A DNA stretch of 64,000 nucleotides from positions 9,858,001 through 9,922,000 of the forward strand of contig CM060734.1 in NCBI GenBank assembly GCA_030704615.1, written 5' to 3'. Below are positions 1 through 13,800 of this stretch, one piece after another (within the stretch, counting starts at the first letter, position 1; each line of letters starts with the position of its first letter). The notes beneath the pieces were generated by a model. That model saw nothing but the letters and a program-made list of their open reading frames with translations. It was not told the origin of the DNA and did no database searches. Position numbers and translations under genes: made by a program. The DNA comes from Takakia lepidozioides (lineage: Eukaryota > Plantae > Bryophyta).

Positions 1-934
1 ATGGAGGACCATGACACACCTTCTCCAGTTCCATTAGAGTCTGTGAGGGGCATTGCCTGTGACATGTGCAGAGTGGGACTGTCACCACATGAGAGAAAGT
101 ACCAGGCTGGAAAGGGTGAAAGGGAGTGTAGCATTTTGTGAAGAAGTATTGGCCCAAGAGACAAGGAAGTAGTCGTCCCTTGGGCAGGTATATCAAAGGT
201 TCTTTATGAAGTCCAATATTGCTTTTCCATCTCAGCAGCTATTTTCAAGGAGGGGATTTTATGGTATGATGGGTGTGCAGGATGCACAAGAGAGAATTTA
301 TTTTCTTGAGATTTTTTGCATTAAGCTGACATTCTTTTCAAACTTGACATTATTTGCAACAGGAGTCCATGTTGATCAGCTTGGGACCTTCAAAAAAGAA
401 ATGTGAAGTTGAGACATGAGCTACATTGATTTCATACTTTTCAAGGTGTAATTGGCCTTTGAGAGTAAATTTCATAGGCTTCACATCAAATAGAAATCCA
501 ACAAGGATATCAATGTTGTTGTGAGAGCTACAAATGAGTGAATGGACTTGAATAGTGATACTTAAGCACCATATTCGTGCTTGGAATGAGGTCAATCAAG
601 CACGCACAGTGATGGTGTGAATATGTTTAAGCCATCACTTCCATGTGAAAAAACTACTTAAATGATATGAATTGCACTGTCACTTACTTTGTGTTGTAGT
701 AATTTGCATTGTTAAGACATGAAATTCGTGGAGATGAAGTTAAGCAAGATTTTGGCACGGAAGTAGTATCCCAACACTATGTATTAAAACTCACACGTAA
801 TCCATGTCGTAATAGAGCAAACGTAATTAGTGTCATTCTCATGCCATCAAAGTAACGTATATCACATGGATAATTTGTTTGACGACATCCGTGCCACAAT
901 CGTTAGGTAGTCGTGGCCTAGCAAATTTGAGATG

Positions 935-1606
935 CAACCCGGGTATCAATACTGATATCAACCCGGATAGGTAATACCATACCCGGGGTAGGTACGGTGG
1001 CCAATACCCGGGCAATACCATACTAGGGGCAATATATACCTTGCTCTATACTATGGTACATACCATACACGTCTGGTATAGCAATGGACAAGATTGGTAT
1101 TGATACCAGTATTGCTGCTATGTGAGCCTCCAAAGGCACATTAGGTGTATATGTGGAGTTAGGGCAAGGGAATTCAAGGGCACTTTAGCATTTATGGCAT
1201 CTACTTTATACTCATGTGCAATGTGCAAAAATACATGTATGATATGGTGTATTTTAGCAATGTGCAATGTGTATGAGCAATGTATTTGGTATGTGCATTG
1301 TGTTGTAATTGTGATCCATCGTGAAGGTCAATTCTTTTTCTCAGGTTATTGAATATTTTCTTGAATCTACTAAATATTTCATATACATACCCCGACAATA
1401 TTCATATTCCCCCCACATGAGATGGGAAAAAATAAATATTGATACCCTACTAATATACATCCACAATTTTATGCTATATACCCCTCATATACCCTACCCG
1501 GCCCCCTTACCCCAATACCAGGACCATAACAGTACTGGGAAATGTGGGCCGTTGTGATACCAAGAGCAGTCCGGTATCATATTTTCGTGATACCAGTCCA
1601 ACACTG
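935..1606. mobile_element. Non-autonomous DNA transposon remnant (hAT-like end)
   Basis: Clusters of TACCC(GG)/GGTA subterminal-type motifs near both ends. The right end reads CCAACACTG (CAGTGTTGG on the minus strand, a hAT-like TIR start). No left TIR found. Confidence 0.35.
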
Positions 1607-3434
1607 GTGTGAACACTTGATTTTGTACCTAGGCTCTTGGACTATATAATACGTGAACAGTCATAGTGTGGACTGTGTCGTTGAGCATATACTATACAGT
1701 CATCTTATCTTCCAGAAAGAACCAAGTAATTTTCTTTTATGAATTTATTAAGTATAACAGATCAAATCATTGTCCGAGGAAAGCCCACTTTGCTATTAGC
1801 CCATGTTGCAAGAGTATAAATGTTCCAAGAGGAGTGGGGGAAGGTGTGTCGTCAACCAGCTTCTCCAAATTGCTGACGACCTCAACTTGAAGATCCAGCG
1901 TACAGAAAGTACTGTATATCCAGCTGCTTCTAGACACCATAAGCTCATGGAGAGAGTCTAAACTAATAGGCTCTAGATAAGCTTTTTGCAACATTTTCAC
2001 ATTACTGTTAACAAGTGATCTGTGGCTTGTAGTGCAGCAACATCAACAAAAGATTTGTGCAAAGACTAAGTACCTGCGATGCAACTTTCTTGCCACCTTT
2101 GTAATCATTTCCCTTTGTGCCATCCCCAGCAAGTGTCCGGACTGTCTCATGTACAAAGTCAATCTCCCTGCAACCTCCACATCTCTCTTCTCAGCTCTTT
2201 TCCCTGATAAGCTATACGTTGTTCACAGGCAAGAAGTTCAAATTGATGCATGAACTGAACAAGTGATGTGCAAGTAGTGGTGAGAGAGACTTCTCCTCAC
2301 AGCACAACAGTCCAAGCAGGTCCTCCTGTCTATTTAGGAGAAATATCAGCTTATAGCACACTACTGGCTCCACAAACCACGGCAACCAGACATGCAATAT
2401 TTAAAGGGCTCTTCAAAAGCTTACACTATAAACTTTGAAGTTTGCCACTGAGCAGATGTGAAAAGTTCACATGGATTTACACTATATTTTCCAGAATAGT
2501 CAAGTAAGCATGCAGCACTTGCATGGAAGTAAAGAAACCCACCTAAGAGCATGATTCTCAGTGTCTGCAACGTAGAGGACATTCTTGGTTGCATTGTATG
2601 CCACACCTTGCAGGTGCACTCACACAAGCATTTGTCATCCCTCTCCCCATTCGAGGAAATGCAGGAAATGTTGCTCCCCACTCTCTCTATGTCACTGGCC
2701 CCTCCCTCCGACATTCTTTCTTGACTCATGTACATAAGAAGCATATGCACAGGTGTACTCACAGAACAATGCCCTTTGGCATCTCTTTGTTGTTCTCCAC
2801 TAACAATACTGATCGCATTTTCTCTGTTCATTTAAGTGACATTTGTTAAAAAGTATGAGGTTGATACTGATAACAATGCACAGAGGCTGTAGGACAAGCC
2901 TACAGCTAATGTCCTCAATTACTGCAAATTCACGGGTAGTTGTTCACTGTCATCACCGATGTGCAAGACCAGCAAGCAACACACACTAGTAATTTCACCT
3001 AGAGTATATTGAAAACACAGTTGCTGTTCACACTTCTCTTCAGGATCTAACATCTTTCATTTTGGGTAACACCTGCCCACACAAACCTTTTGGTCCCAGT
3101 TCTTAGCCGGTACCAAATGACAATCAATTTGAAATATTTGTCTTCATTTTCTACTTGGAAGACTGTTCCTTCACTTTGCTCCTCTGCAAAAGCTATTAAG
3201 GCCACCATCCCGACACACGTGCGCACCCGGTACAGCTTCTGCGCCATCTCGGCATCACCTCGCTGGACCGCATTGAAGTCCAGCTCAACAGTGTTCTGCC
3301 ACTAACCTAGGACTAACCTATACAGCAAACAACTGTCACACATAAATCAGCATCTCAAGGAAGCTAAATATTTCCCAGACTTGAAGTTCACGATAAACAC
3401 ACTATCAACCGCGTAATACTACATCGCAATTGTC

Positions 3435-4795
3435 CTCTTCATCGAGTGCTAGGGGGATTGATGCTGCACTGGTGTTGCATAGTTTGCAAGGTTGGAGATT
3501 ACTCTCTCTGATGGTATCTGCAGACGCTCTGAACCGAGACAAGAATTCTCTGATTTGCCTGTGGTCACCACAAGCCAAAGATACATGTTATCATTGTCCA
3601 TTGCATGTCAAACCCTAAAACTGCTCAAGTACTATCAAAAGGCTTTTGCTTCAGTAACACCTTCCTATACAAAAATGCACCCTACCAGATACCTGTCAAC
3701 AGATCTATCTGCTTCACCAAAGCGGAGTTCACTGGGATGGAAGAAGTAAGCACAGGCACAAGGCAAGCAGACAGACAAAGACAATAAAAGAGATGGGAGC
3801 AAGAGAGCTGATTTGATTCCTTACTTGGTGGAGAAGCAACCAGTCCAAATTTGCTCCAGTAAGGCCAGCCTCCTCTAATGCTGCTTCCACCACCTGGGGC
3901 ACTGCTCGTACAGGAAACCGGAAGACCTCCTTCCCATTCATTTGAAGACATTTGTAGGACGCTCTGGCCGGCAACTTTGTGAGGGTGCCATTTGTTGCAG
4001 CTCCATTCTGTAGGGAAACTTCGATGTTGTCTAATTGTACATGCAAACTCCTGCATTTCCCCTCATCTTGTCATTCAAATGTACAGCACCCTCTCTTTGC
4101 TTCTCTGAATGCAGAAGTGCTCAAAGCAGGGAATCACTTGAATAGATATGCAACTCACACTGCTTCTTAGCTAAAGATTTGATTGCATCATTAGCAGTGA
4201 GGGGGGGCATGGCTGAGTGTGCATCAAATGACTATGAGGGCCTGCTGGTTGTAGTTCATAACAATAGGTGATTTCTGGTATCAGCCCTTCCATGTATATA
4301 TGTCAGCAAAGGTTATCAGAACCCAATTTGCTGACCATAGCAGCTACACAGAGGAGAAGTAAGATAGAGAAGACTCACTTGTGGCCACCTCCATCACTAC
4401 GTAGATCAAATCCAAGCAAGCTGTCCTGATCGTCACTTGCTGCCTGTATGCGATGTATCAGCACAGTGATATCAGTGCACACAAGGGAATCACTTAGAAT
4501 AGTCAAACCTCTGCAATAAAAACAAATAGTAACAAAAGGTCTCCACTCATGAAAGTTAGACCCAGCCACAAACAGTATCTCAGCAGTTTGCTGTCTGAGA
4601 TTGTGCAGCTCTCCCCAGAACTGGTTGTCAATACAACTTGCACTTGTAAATGTGAAATTGGAAGTCTTCTGTATACCTGCAAGACCAAAGCCCCTGAAGC
4701 ATCCCCGAAAAGGATGCAAGTGCCTCTGTCTGTCCAATCCACATATCTGGATAGAGCATCTGCACCTATCACCAGCGCATTCTTGTAGCCTCCAC
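3435..4795 (-). pseudogene. KAS3: 3-ketoacyl-ACP synthase III (KAS III/FabH), C-terminal four exons only, frameshifted
   Basis: Exons with GT-AG ends: 4795-4677 ([39 protein letters not shown]), ~4444-4378 (DSLLGFDLRSDGGG), ~4030-3825 (MNGKEVFRF..RAVPQVVEAALEEAGL..LDWLLLHQ), 3558-3435 (ANQRIL..ERLQIPSERVISNLANY.NTSAASIPLALDE, needing two 1-bp frameshift corrections). The N-terminal exons with the catalytic Cys are not seen. Confidence 0.92.
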
Positions 4796-6049
4796 CTGCA
4801 CCCGACCATTCCTCTTCCTTTTCAGGATTAAAGGGTACACAATGCTGGCAATCACATATCCTAAGAGGTGATGCTTGTGATAGTCTCATCCTCTGCATCC
4901 CTGGCAAACCTCCTCATTAGCACAGCTACAGTCGCAATAACAGAAATATCTTGTAGACACCCATAACATAGCTAGACCTTGCTAGTTTCAGTGGAATACC
5001 CCCAGCAGGACTATCTACGGTCTCTGTATTGCCCTTGTGAGCCAGGGACCTCCCTTGAAATCCGCATCACAGGGGGTTTTCTCGACATAGGTAGCGTCAG
5101 GTTTCCCAGCCACTCGAAATCTTTTCCTTCCAACAGTAAACCCTTCTCTGTAGGCATCTGCTGGTCCCGGTATTGTAATGGATAACGTTGCCTCAGTTGC
5201 TGTGGTAGCTACCTGTCCGGTCCTTCCTCCGATTTCAGTAGATAGTCGTCCAATTTCGGACTGCAGCGAAGCAAGAGCTTGTTCCAAACGCTTCAACACT
5301 TCAGCGCCTTGATTTCTAGTTTGTAAACCTAAAGCTTCTTCTCTCTCATGCACATTTCTGTACGGGTTCGGGTCTGGGAGAGAGAGGGCTCGGGAAACAC
5401 ATAGTAGTCTCTGGGACTGCACCTGATCCCGCTGTTCGGCAATATGATTTCCACATGCTGAAAAACCAATACCTTCTTCTCTTCTACTGTTTCTCGAACA
5501 TACAAAATCAGGCTCTTCGGTTGTCGGTGCAGCTTGTGCAATTCCAAACACCCCTGTTTCTGGAAAGAAAAAAGGATTGTCGAGCTTCTCCTGACTAACT
5601 TGAGATAGAATTTTTTTTTTTCCTTCCCCTTGCCAAATCAGATCAAAGACATCTGCCTCCAACTCCGCTCCCATGTCGACATGGAATTCAATCTTGCAAG
5701 CAAACCCTCACTCGTCCTCCAGGGCGCCAAAAATCCCCGTACTATACTATACGGTATATAATATATACCATATATATATTTACATATATTGTTCCATCTT
5801 TAAATCATGCCTTCAAGTTCACTGTCCGATCCTGGCTGCCAAAGCACCAAAATCCCCGTACCAGATTTATGTCCCAATGATGGCCCGGTATGTTAGGTAC
5901 GCCGCTCTCCAATGTCCATCACCATCCTTTCCGACTTCTCTCTTTGCCTGCACTGTGTGCCTCTCTCTCTTTTCCTCAGCTGCAGTTTGATCAAGATCCA
6001 CTTCAGGAGTGCTGTTGTGATCTTGGAGATATGGGGAGTCAGTGAATTG

Positions 6050-6950
6050 CCTAGAAATACATGTGCCAAGACCTGAGCTCCCAATTTCTGTTCTTACATT
6101 GGACAATGGATAATCATTTCAGCTCACAGACACTTTCTTTGTTATACGCCTTCCACTGCTTTCTCCTTTGGCTCCTGTCATTGTGCCGCCTTAAACTAAG
6201 TGGACAAGGAGGGATAGTTGAGCTTCATGATGACTAAATTTGGTATCAGGTATAGAGAGGGGCATGCGGTGAAGTTGTTCTTTGGTTTCAATTATTACTT
6301 GGCCAACTTTCACTAACAGCGAGCTTTGGACATAAGGAACACGGCATACATCATTATGACCCGTCCGCTGCTTCGGTACCATGGTCGAATCTTTGTCCTA
6401 ACATTTAGCAAGGATCTAGGTTTGATTTTTAGCTGGAGGATTCCACCTGGAGTCGAGAGGAGCATTTGAATGGAAGTGTGAATCATAACACGCACAAAGG
6501 TAGTTCCGTGACATTTGTTGTTGTTTTCTGCCAGTGAGAAACCTAGGAGATGTTACGTTTAGACTGCATCTTACTCGGGGCGAGAATCTCTTTCAGATGA
6601 CAAAAACATTCAAATGACAGTGAGTGCCGTTGAGGTGTCTCAGAGGCTTTCCCAGGGATGTTCTTCCATGTGGTAAAACCGATATGGATCTCTCCGGATG
6701 TGTCTGAGCTTCGGAAGCATGAGCCAATCTGCAGTGGAGACTCCATGTGGTGGCGTCCTCCTCTTCAGCATCCTGTAGCATTGTTGCAAGAAGTACCTTC
6801 TACCCCACACTCCAGTGTGCATCAAATGAAATTCTTCCCCTTCACTTCCAGTTAATGTTTTCCTCGAATCTCCACGGCCACATTTTCAGAAAGCCTGCAT
6901 TGTTTGCCTGCTTTACATCTGGATGATAGTCGTTAGCTTTTTTGGCTCAT
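6050..6950 (-). pseudogene. Heavily decayed hAT-family (ZNF862-like) transposase remnant
   Basis: Frameshifted motifs in the expected order: DKDST/RSSGRVIMMYAVFL (DESTD..hhhY-like), GTMTGAKG (DGA.vMtG-like), IIHC..EQKLGAQ (iHC.aHrl.La-like). Many stops. Confidence 0.4.
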
Positions 6951-9164
6951 GTTTATTTGCAGCACCGAACATGTACAAAATATCGCAGAATACAATGTCC
7001 TTCACATTCTGGCCACTTGGATTTGGTGTCTTTGCCCCCACATGATTGCCCTCACACTATCACTTCCTCACTCAGCCACCTTTTCTGAGAAAGACAGGCA
7101 TGCAGATGGAGGATATGGACAGTGAAATCCAAGTTCCGTTGCTCCTAGACCAAGCTGAGGATATCTCCAGTGACCACCATGATGAGATTCTTGGAGTTTC
7201 CACCTCGGGTGGCTAAGGGATGGGTGAGTAAAAGCCACTCGACATTTGGCGACCATACTGGGGAACTGAGTCAAGAACAACCAGATGTGACAGGCATCTG
7301 GTGGGATCATGGTGGATCGAGAATCAAGGAATTTGTAGTTTAGGGCACTCCCAACAGAAAGTGCAAAACCAGCGGCATGTCTATGGGTAAGTTTCTCCTA
7401 TTCAGGTGTAGTTTTCACACAACTTAACATTTGTTAAGCTCTAGGGTGAAACAATTATCTTCAGTTCTCTTGCACCTCCACTTCAGCTCAGGTGCAAAAG
7501 GTTTTGGTTGGCTCATCTTCGTTGAGCATTACAAGCTTGTTGCCATTTGGTTTTTGAAACAGGAGGCCTTGGCTCAACTCATGTAAAGTCTGATTGAGCT
7601 TATAGAGGCATTACTTTTTGGGCTCTCCTCATTATGCATCGCTTCCTACATTCATGATCTCTTCTAGAGACATCACTCAGCGAATTTGGAAGTAAATCTC
7701 CTCTGTTCCAATCAGAAGTTGTAGAGCTTGTTTAGTAGAATTTGAGTTGACATTGACTGTGCTCACCACAATGCCCTTTGTTGGCCACTTGGTTGGACCT
7801 TTTGTATCTACAGGCCACTCTTGAAAAACTTTCTCAGCTGTATCAATTTCAATCAATAATTTACAATTGATTCTCACTGAGAAATCTGGCACTGGTGTGT
7901 GGGTGCGGACAGGTACACGGGCTTCACAGTTGCCAAGTGGAGCATCACAATAATGATTGGTGTTCTTGTCGGTAAGCCCTTCCCTACCTTGTACTTCTTA
8001 AGGGGCCCTACAAGTCCTATTTATTGTGAGATAAAATATTCTAACCACTGGTCCCCCCCTCCAATGCAGTAACAAAAGCATGCGTACTTTTCTGGGCTCT
8101 CGTACTCCTGGTTTCAGGGCTAGAGAGAATGTAAGACTTTGTTTGCCATAGCCTTGTGGCCACAGACCCCGTGCCCAGTTTTGACGGAAACATAGGGAAT
8201 AGGCACTACCTTAGTGAGGGGCTCATCCAATAGGTGACTTACCTAGAAGCACTTAGTTCAGGCTTTCCAGCTCTTCACACGAGCATCAATTTGCTGTGTG
8301 TGAGCAGCTCAGAATTTTAAACTAGAGAGAGAGATGTACTCATAAGTCGTTGTTTTCCGTAGCCTTGTGGCCATTGACCCCGTGCCCAGTTTGAGTGGAA
8401 CAGAAATCTTCCAGGCTTTGCGACAGGGGAAATTGACACTCCTCCCTAGTTTCTCTTTATCGTTTCAGAGTCTTCTCAGGGTGAGTTGAAGTCATTGATT
8501 CGTTCAACTCATGGCTGTATGATTCCAGCCTTTATGGCCTATGGTGAACAGAACATGAGTGTTGTGAGTGTTCATTTACTCTTCATTTGCTGTATTGTAT
8601 TCAGTTTGGCAGCGGAATTCTAAAAACATTCAACACTTTTACACATGCAAATACAATTTGCACCATGTATGTGCTTTTCTTGTTCTTATGAGACTGTGAC
8701 AATTAAAGTTGTGTTGTGTGCTGAGAGGGAGGTGGAATATCAAATTGCTTTATTGAGGTGGTACATCCTGCTCTTAGTGATACTGTGGTTTGTACGTTTA
8801 ACTCGGGGCTTACTGGCAGATATGGGACACAGAGATGATTCACCCGGGCTGAGGGGAACAGTTTTACAACTCCAGTCTGCCAGTCATGACTGAATCCATC
8901 CTCAACAACGTCACTGTATGAGACCCCTCCTTCTATTTCTTGTTTCTTTGTTTATCTCAGAATGTGCAGTTTCCCTCGCTATTTCCTATCTGCTACAGGT
9001 CCTTCCCTGCATCTTCTCATTTTCTGTCCTTGGCTTGACTACCATAACCTCCCCATGGATGGAATCTTTCTGGATATAAATTGCTTCAACTTTGTCCCCA
9101 ATTACTTCTGTCATGCAACAAAGACATAGTGGTACCATCAGGAATCGTTCCCACACTAAATTCT

Positions 9165-9658
9165 TCGGGTGCTGAAGGCGAGCGTCTGAAAGAAGCTGCC
9201 AATATTTACAAGTCCCTCTCGACACTCGGGTAATTTTAAGCTTCATGTTGGGATTGTGTGGGTAGAGAGGCAGAAAGGAGATAGAAGAGGCACATTTATT
9301 TGGTCTCTATCCTATTGTCCTCATGATCCGTGCAGCCTTGTCATCATGATCTTGGTGGAAAATGGAAAACTGCGTCATGTCCCTTATCGTGATTCAAAAC
9401 TCACATTTCTTCTCCAAATACTCCATGAGCCCCCTCTCTCTCTCCCTCTCAAATCGTAACATCTTTGGTTTTTGCATGAGTTTTAATCTGAACTGTTTAT
9501 AGTTGGACTGTGTACTGCTGTTCACTAAATGACGAATGCTCAACATGTAGGATTCTCTGGGAGGCAACTCAAAAACTACCCTGATCGCCACTATTAGTCC
9601 TTTGAGCTGGTATGTAACCAGAGTCTGGTCCGTGCAAATTTTTATTTTTTTAATTTTA

Positions 9659-9709
<51 letters not shown>

Positions 9710-10080
9710 CTCTTTGTTGAGAGGGTTGATTCAAAATAACCTGCACCTGCTCAAGTCTCCAATGAATTATCTACTTTCCTATCTTGGCAACCATCTAACA
9801 TGGAGTTCTGGCTTGACAGCAATGCACTGGAGACGCTAAGTACCCTCAAATTTGCACAGCGTGCCAAGCTTATCCGTAATACTGTATGATGCTGATCCTC
9901 ATCTTGTTCCCTATGGGTATGAGCAAAGCATGTTTAGGAAATACAGACAGTTGTGCTTGTATGTCTATCTATTTTATGTTTGGGGGTTGTATATGTAGGG
10001 GTATGTGGATGACTTCAATTCTGGACTTGATTGTGTTGACAGGCCATTGTTAATGAAGACGCGTCTGGTGATGTGAAAGA
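9165..10080 (+). pseudogene. Kinesin-12 (POK/PAKRP-like) motor-domain fragment, five exons
   Basis: GAEGERLKEAANIYKSLSTLG (~9168-9230), LVIMILVENGKLRHVPYRDSKLTFLLQ (~9335-9418), DSLGGNSKTTLIATISP (9551-9609), NALETLSTLKFAQRAKLIRN (9820-9883), AIVNEDASGDV (10043-10075). The P-loop exons and stalk are absent, and one splice donor appears lost. Confidence 0.9.
9668..9712 (+). repeat. (CT)n microsatellite
   Basis: Directly visible CT run. Confidence 0.95.
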
Positions 10081-10119
10081 TCCTCTCAAACGGAGGATAC
10101 AATTGGGAAGTGACAGATG

Positions 10120-10204
10120 TGTCTCTTCACAGCTCAATTGAAAACAGCACTCAACTGGGGAACAAGGCTTCGGATTGCTATGGGTGTTGCAGCTGGCCTG
10201 CAGG
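10120..10204 (+). pseudogene. Receptor-like kinase exon fragment
   Basis: LNWGTRLRIAMGVAAGLQ followed by a GT donor matches the W..Rl.Ia.g.A.GL.YLH region of plant RLKs. It directly follows the kinesin fragment. Confidence 0.65.
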
Positions 10205-11489
10205 TATGTCAACTGCACTTTTGTTTCTCTAGTTGACTTATTTAAGTCAGTAGTATGGACAATAACAATTAACACCTTCCAAAAAATGTCTGTATCTTTC
10301 CAACCCTTGTAGCTTTTGTGTCGTTATGAGTTCTGCATTTCAACCCAAATGGCTAACTTGATGTTGTGGTTTCACCAGTGATATGTTGAAGGTGGAGGTG
10401 GCTGACTGCTACAGGGCTGAGTGGGGCTAAGTGGCTGAACTTTCTGTAGGAATACGCAGGGTACGGTGGATGCGAGTGGCGAGTGCTGGTCTTGTCCCCC
10501 ATTGAACCTCAGCATTGACTGTTCCTCCGAATCCAAACAGGTTTTGAGGAACAGGGATGTCAAATATCGGTTGGTTTTAGTACTGGTAATGATCGGATGA
10601 TGAGCATCGCCAACAACAATCATTTACAGTCATTTTATGCAGCTTCCCAGAAGTACCCTAGTTTCATGCTCTTGCTGTGGCCGCGAGCTTCCAATTCTCT
10701 GCTGATTCAATGCGAGACTTCAGTCGTACCAGAAGCATAGTAGTGGCCAGGGCTGGAGATTAGGTGAGGTTAGTTATTATGAAGTTTTTCAGCTCTAGCT
10801 CACCCTCACGGTGCTTGTCCCCATGCTTGACCGACCCATTTTCTTCTTTTCGGTATGCTTCACATCTCTAATTTGAGCTTATAGCAACATTCTAGAAAAC
10901 ATTCCAAAATTGAGAGCTCAAGGGGAGAACTCTTTTGAGGGATTGAGTTCTCTTTGGCTTACTTTGTACTCAGCTGCGTACTTCTTTGAATTTATCTTTT
11001 ATTTCAATTTGTTTGATCAAAATTGTCTAAATAAATCATATGGATTATTTATCAATTCAAATTTATCAACAATCTACACATAAAGCTATTACAATTCTCC
11101 AGAAGTGCACAGTGCACACCAATATAATGCTAGCCAAGTGCCACACGAAATTAACATGTCCTCCGTTGCCCACAACTACTACAATATCAATTTAGCATAG
11201 ATACCATGAACACGCTGGGAACACATTTTCAATGACGTTGTCGTGTGAATATGCAAACCCATATTGCACGAATGCAATAGGAAATTGTGCGAGATGGACA
11301 CAATCACAGTATACACGCCAATCGCATTATTTTGGTATAATATTTGTTAAAATCATGATGATATCATGATCGTGTGGTTATAATGTTTAACAAGATGACA
11401 CGGATATAGTTTGGATGTAGTACAAACCTATGAAACTCCGAAAAAAGTGTCGTATCCGTTGAGTATCCGTGGCCTGGCAAATTTGAGAT

Positions 11490-13800
11490 GTGGGAGGATC
11501 AGTTCAAGGATTGGGCAGAAATTACTTGGACATGGCAACCTTCGAGGCCCAGGAATACAAGAATGTGTGGGATGACGTCTACGAACAATTGGGGGTGAGC
11601 GGAGAAGATGTGTTCTCCCAAACTGATGAGGAAAAGTTCATTGTAGCCTACCAGGAGGAGAGGGCTAAAGAGTTGACCAAAGATATAGAGGAGATTGCCA
11701 GCAAATGGAAGACAGTCTTGATTGTAGGGGAGACTTCGGAAGGGACTCCCACAATACTCGTTCCCAATCGCCTCACGGGTAGGGGAGAAAACTGCCAAGG
11801 ATACGGAGACAGGGAAACTCATAGCGCCTACGTTGGAAGATCAGGCACAAAGGGACCTGAGGGTCAGAGGCGGCGAACAGGGGGAGGAGAAACCCCCTCG
11901 TATCCGATGAAGTGACGCCGTTGGCCGTCACAGGGAGAATGCACTCGGAAGGGCCTACGGCTACAAACCGAGAGGAAGCCGTTGAGCTCTCAAGTGACGA
12001 CAAGACCACGGAGGAAGAGAAACTGGCACAACAGATGGGAGCTGAAGGAGTCAGGGAGCAGTAGGAGGAGGCTGCAAATGATCAGGGGATGGAAGAAGGG
12101 GCCAAGGAACAGGAATAACAACCCGGGCCGGAAGCAGCAAGGGCAACGGAGCCCAGTGTCGTTCAGGAGGTCCCAAGGAGCCCGGCTAGGCAGCAGATGA
12201 TGGCCACATTCCCATGAAGAGGACCCCCCACCATGGGCCCCGAACAGCAATTGGCACAGCTTCCACTGTCAAGTGGTTTCATGGGAGCCATTAGCGCGCC
12301 AGGAGCATTTACCACAATGTTAAGGCAGCAAGAAGAGGTGGACCAACAAATGTCATCCGGAGGCGCCCCCCTTGGTCGCACTAGGAAAAAGGTGCAAGTG
12401 TTCCCGAAGAAGAAGAACACCACGGCCGATCGTCAAGAAGGGCCACCTCAGGCTCAAACCACGATCGTCCCAGCACAAGGAGGAGAGGCACTGCCCCAGA
12501 CGCAAGAGATAAACTCCCCAGCGCAAGGTAGGGAGGCACCGTCGCTGGAAGGAATCAAACGCCCGACATCGGAGGTACCATTTCTTTCCCCTATCTTTGT
12601 TGATCACATTGACACGAAGGGATTGCCTACGAAGGGTACTTGCACCCAAATTAGTACCTGCTGGCCCTGGAGACCTTACTATGTGCAATATTGCCCTTAC
12701 CCGAGGCGCCAGAAGGATTATTCTTGGCCCCGAGGACGATCATCTTGACCCGCCATCAGTTGGCGATACCATCCCAATGAGAAGAGTGGACGACAAAATT
12801 TCTTAATGCATACTGGCGCAATACTCGAGGTACAGGTCTTGCGAGACTTAACTGCTTTCAGACTAGCAGTAGGGGACATACTGCTTAAAGGACCCGCCGA
12901 GTATGCAAAAATCAATGCTAGCACGGGGTGCATACATCATTACATTCTGCGATTCTACTATCTAATGGAGGTAAGGTACGAGCAGCTGTGGAAACATGCT
13001 GCCACCTGCCTAAAACCCTTGAATATGATACTGACCCTTTCTGGCCGGTGGCAAACGCAACGGCAGCATACAAAAGCTGCTAAAGGAGGAGGCCGCGTGG
13101 TCATGCACCCACCACAGGACTACTGTGGAGCTACGGGAGTCCATGAAGGACGAAGCCCTGTTCCAACGAGGGAAGGGTTGCCTAGTTTGTAGACTCAAGA
13201 TGACGCAATCCTTACCCGCGTACCCTACCCGAGCATGGGATTGACAGAGTCATCATTTAACGGGGCAAGGTGCAGAGTTAAACAAAGGATAAAACAGGTG
13301 CTGATGGGAAGGCCCCGTACCTCGTTCCACCACAGGATACAAATGGCCTTACCACTCAGACTACAGCCTTCCGCAGCATTGCGATATGTGCCGACCTGGA
13401 CAAGAGTGCAAACTAGCGGAGGGAGCGAAGATGAGTGCAACGCTCCGGACGATAGCGCGGACGAGTGTTTTCTGCTGCCCCATGAAACCGCCTAGAGAGT
13501 AGCTCTGGGAATGGATCTAGTCGTAAAGTAAAAAAAAAGTATGACGCCTTCTGAAGGGAGCCTAACTTATGGTGTCACTTGACCCCCAAGGGCTACTGCC
13601 TCCCAGCAGGAAAGTGGATACCTTCATGACACACTGGACGGTGGTTTGAACCCACAACCACATCCAACGTGGTATGTGCCCATTACCCCCTGGGCTACAT
13701 GCTTGTTGTCGATCTAGTCATAGAAGGTCCAAAGAGAGAAGGCAAGGAAGTCGTCCATGAGGACATGGACTTGGGTAAGAGGGGCTTACTGTTAGACTAG
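11490..13800 (+). mobile_element. Fragment of a retrotransposon accessory ORF region (frameshifted)
   Basis: Purine-rich, E/Q/G-rich broken ORFs. The segment at 12806-13010 (RLAVGDILLKGP..CIHHYILRFY) resembles the ORF at 39572-40345 that lies next to an LTR. Confidence 0.4.
13529..13710 (-). mobile_element. tRNA-derived SINE with T-rich tail and target-site duplication
   Basis: Minus strand has an A-box-like TAGCCCAGGGGGT, a B box GGTTCAAACC and a 3' T run. Flanked by GATCTAGTC(G/A)TA direct repeats at ~13514 and ~13711. The body recurs at ~55498-55590. Confidence 0.75.

Noticed and set aside
1-3310. Degraded coding-like sequence (e.g. FNAVQRGDAEMAQKL, ankyrin-like)
   Set aside because: Too short and fragmented to assign a family by eye.
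5015-5674. 219-aa ORF with a short coiled coil
   Set aside because: No recognisable motif; probably a TE-derived fragment.
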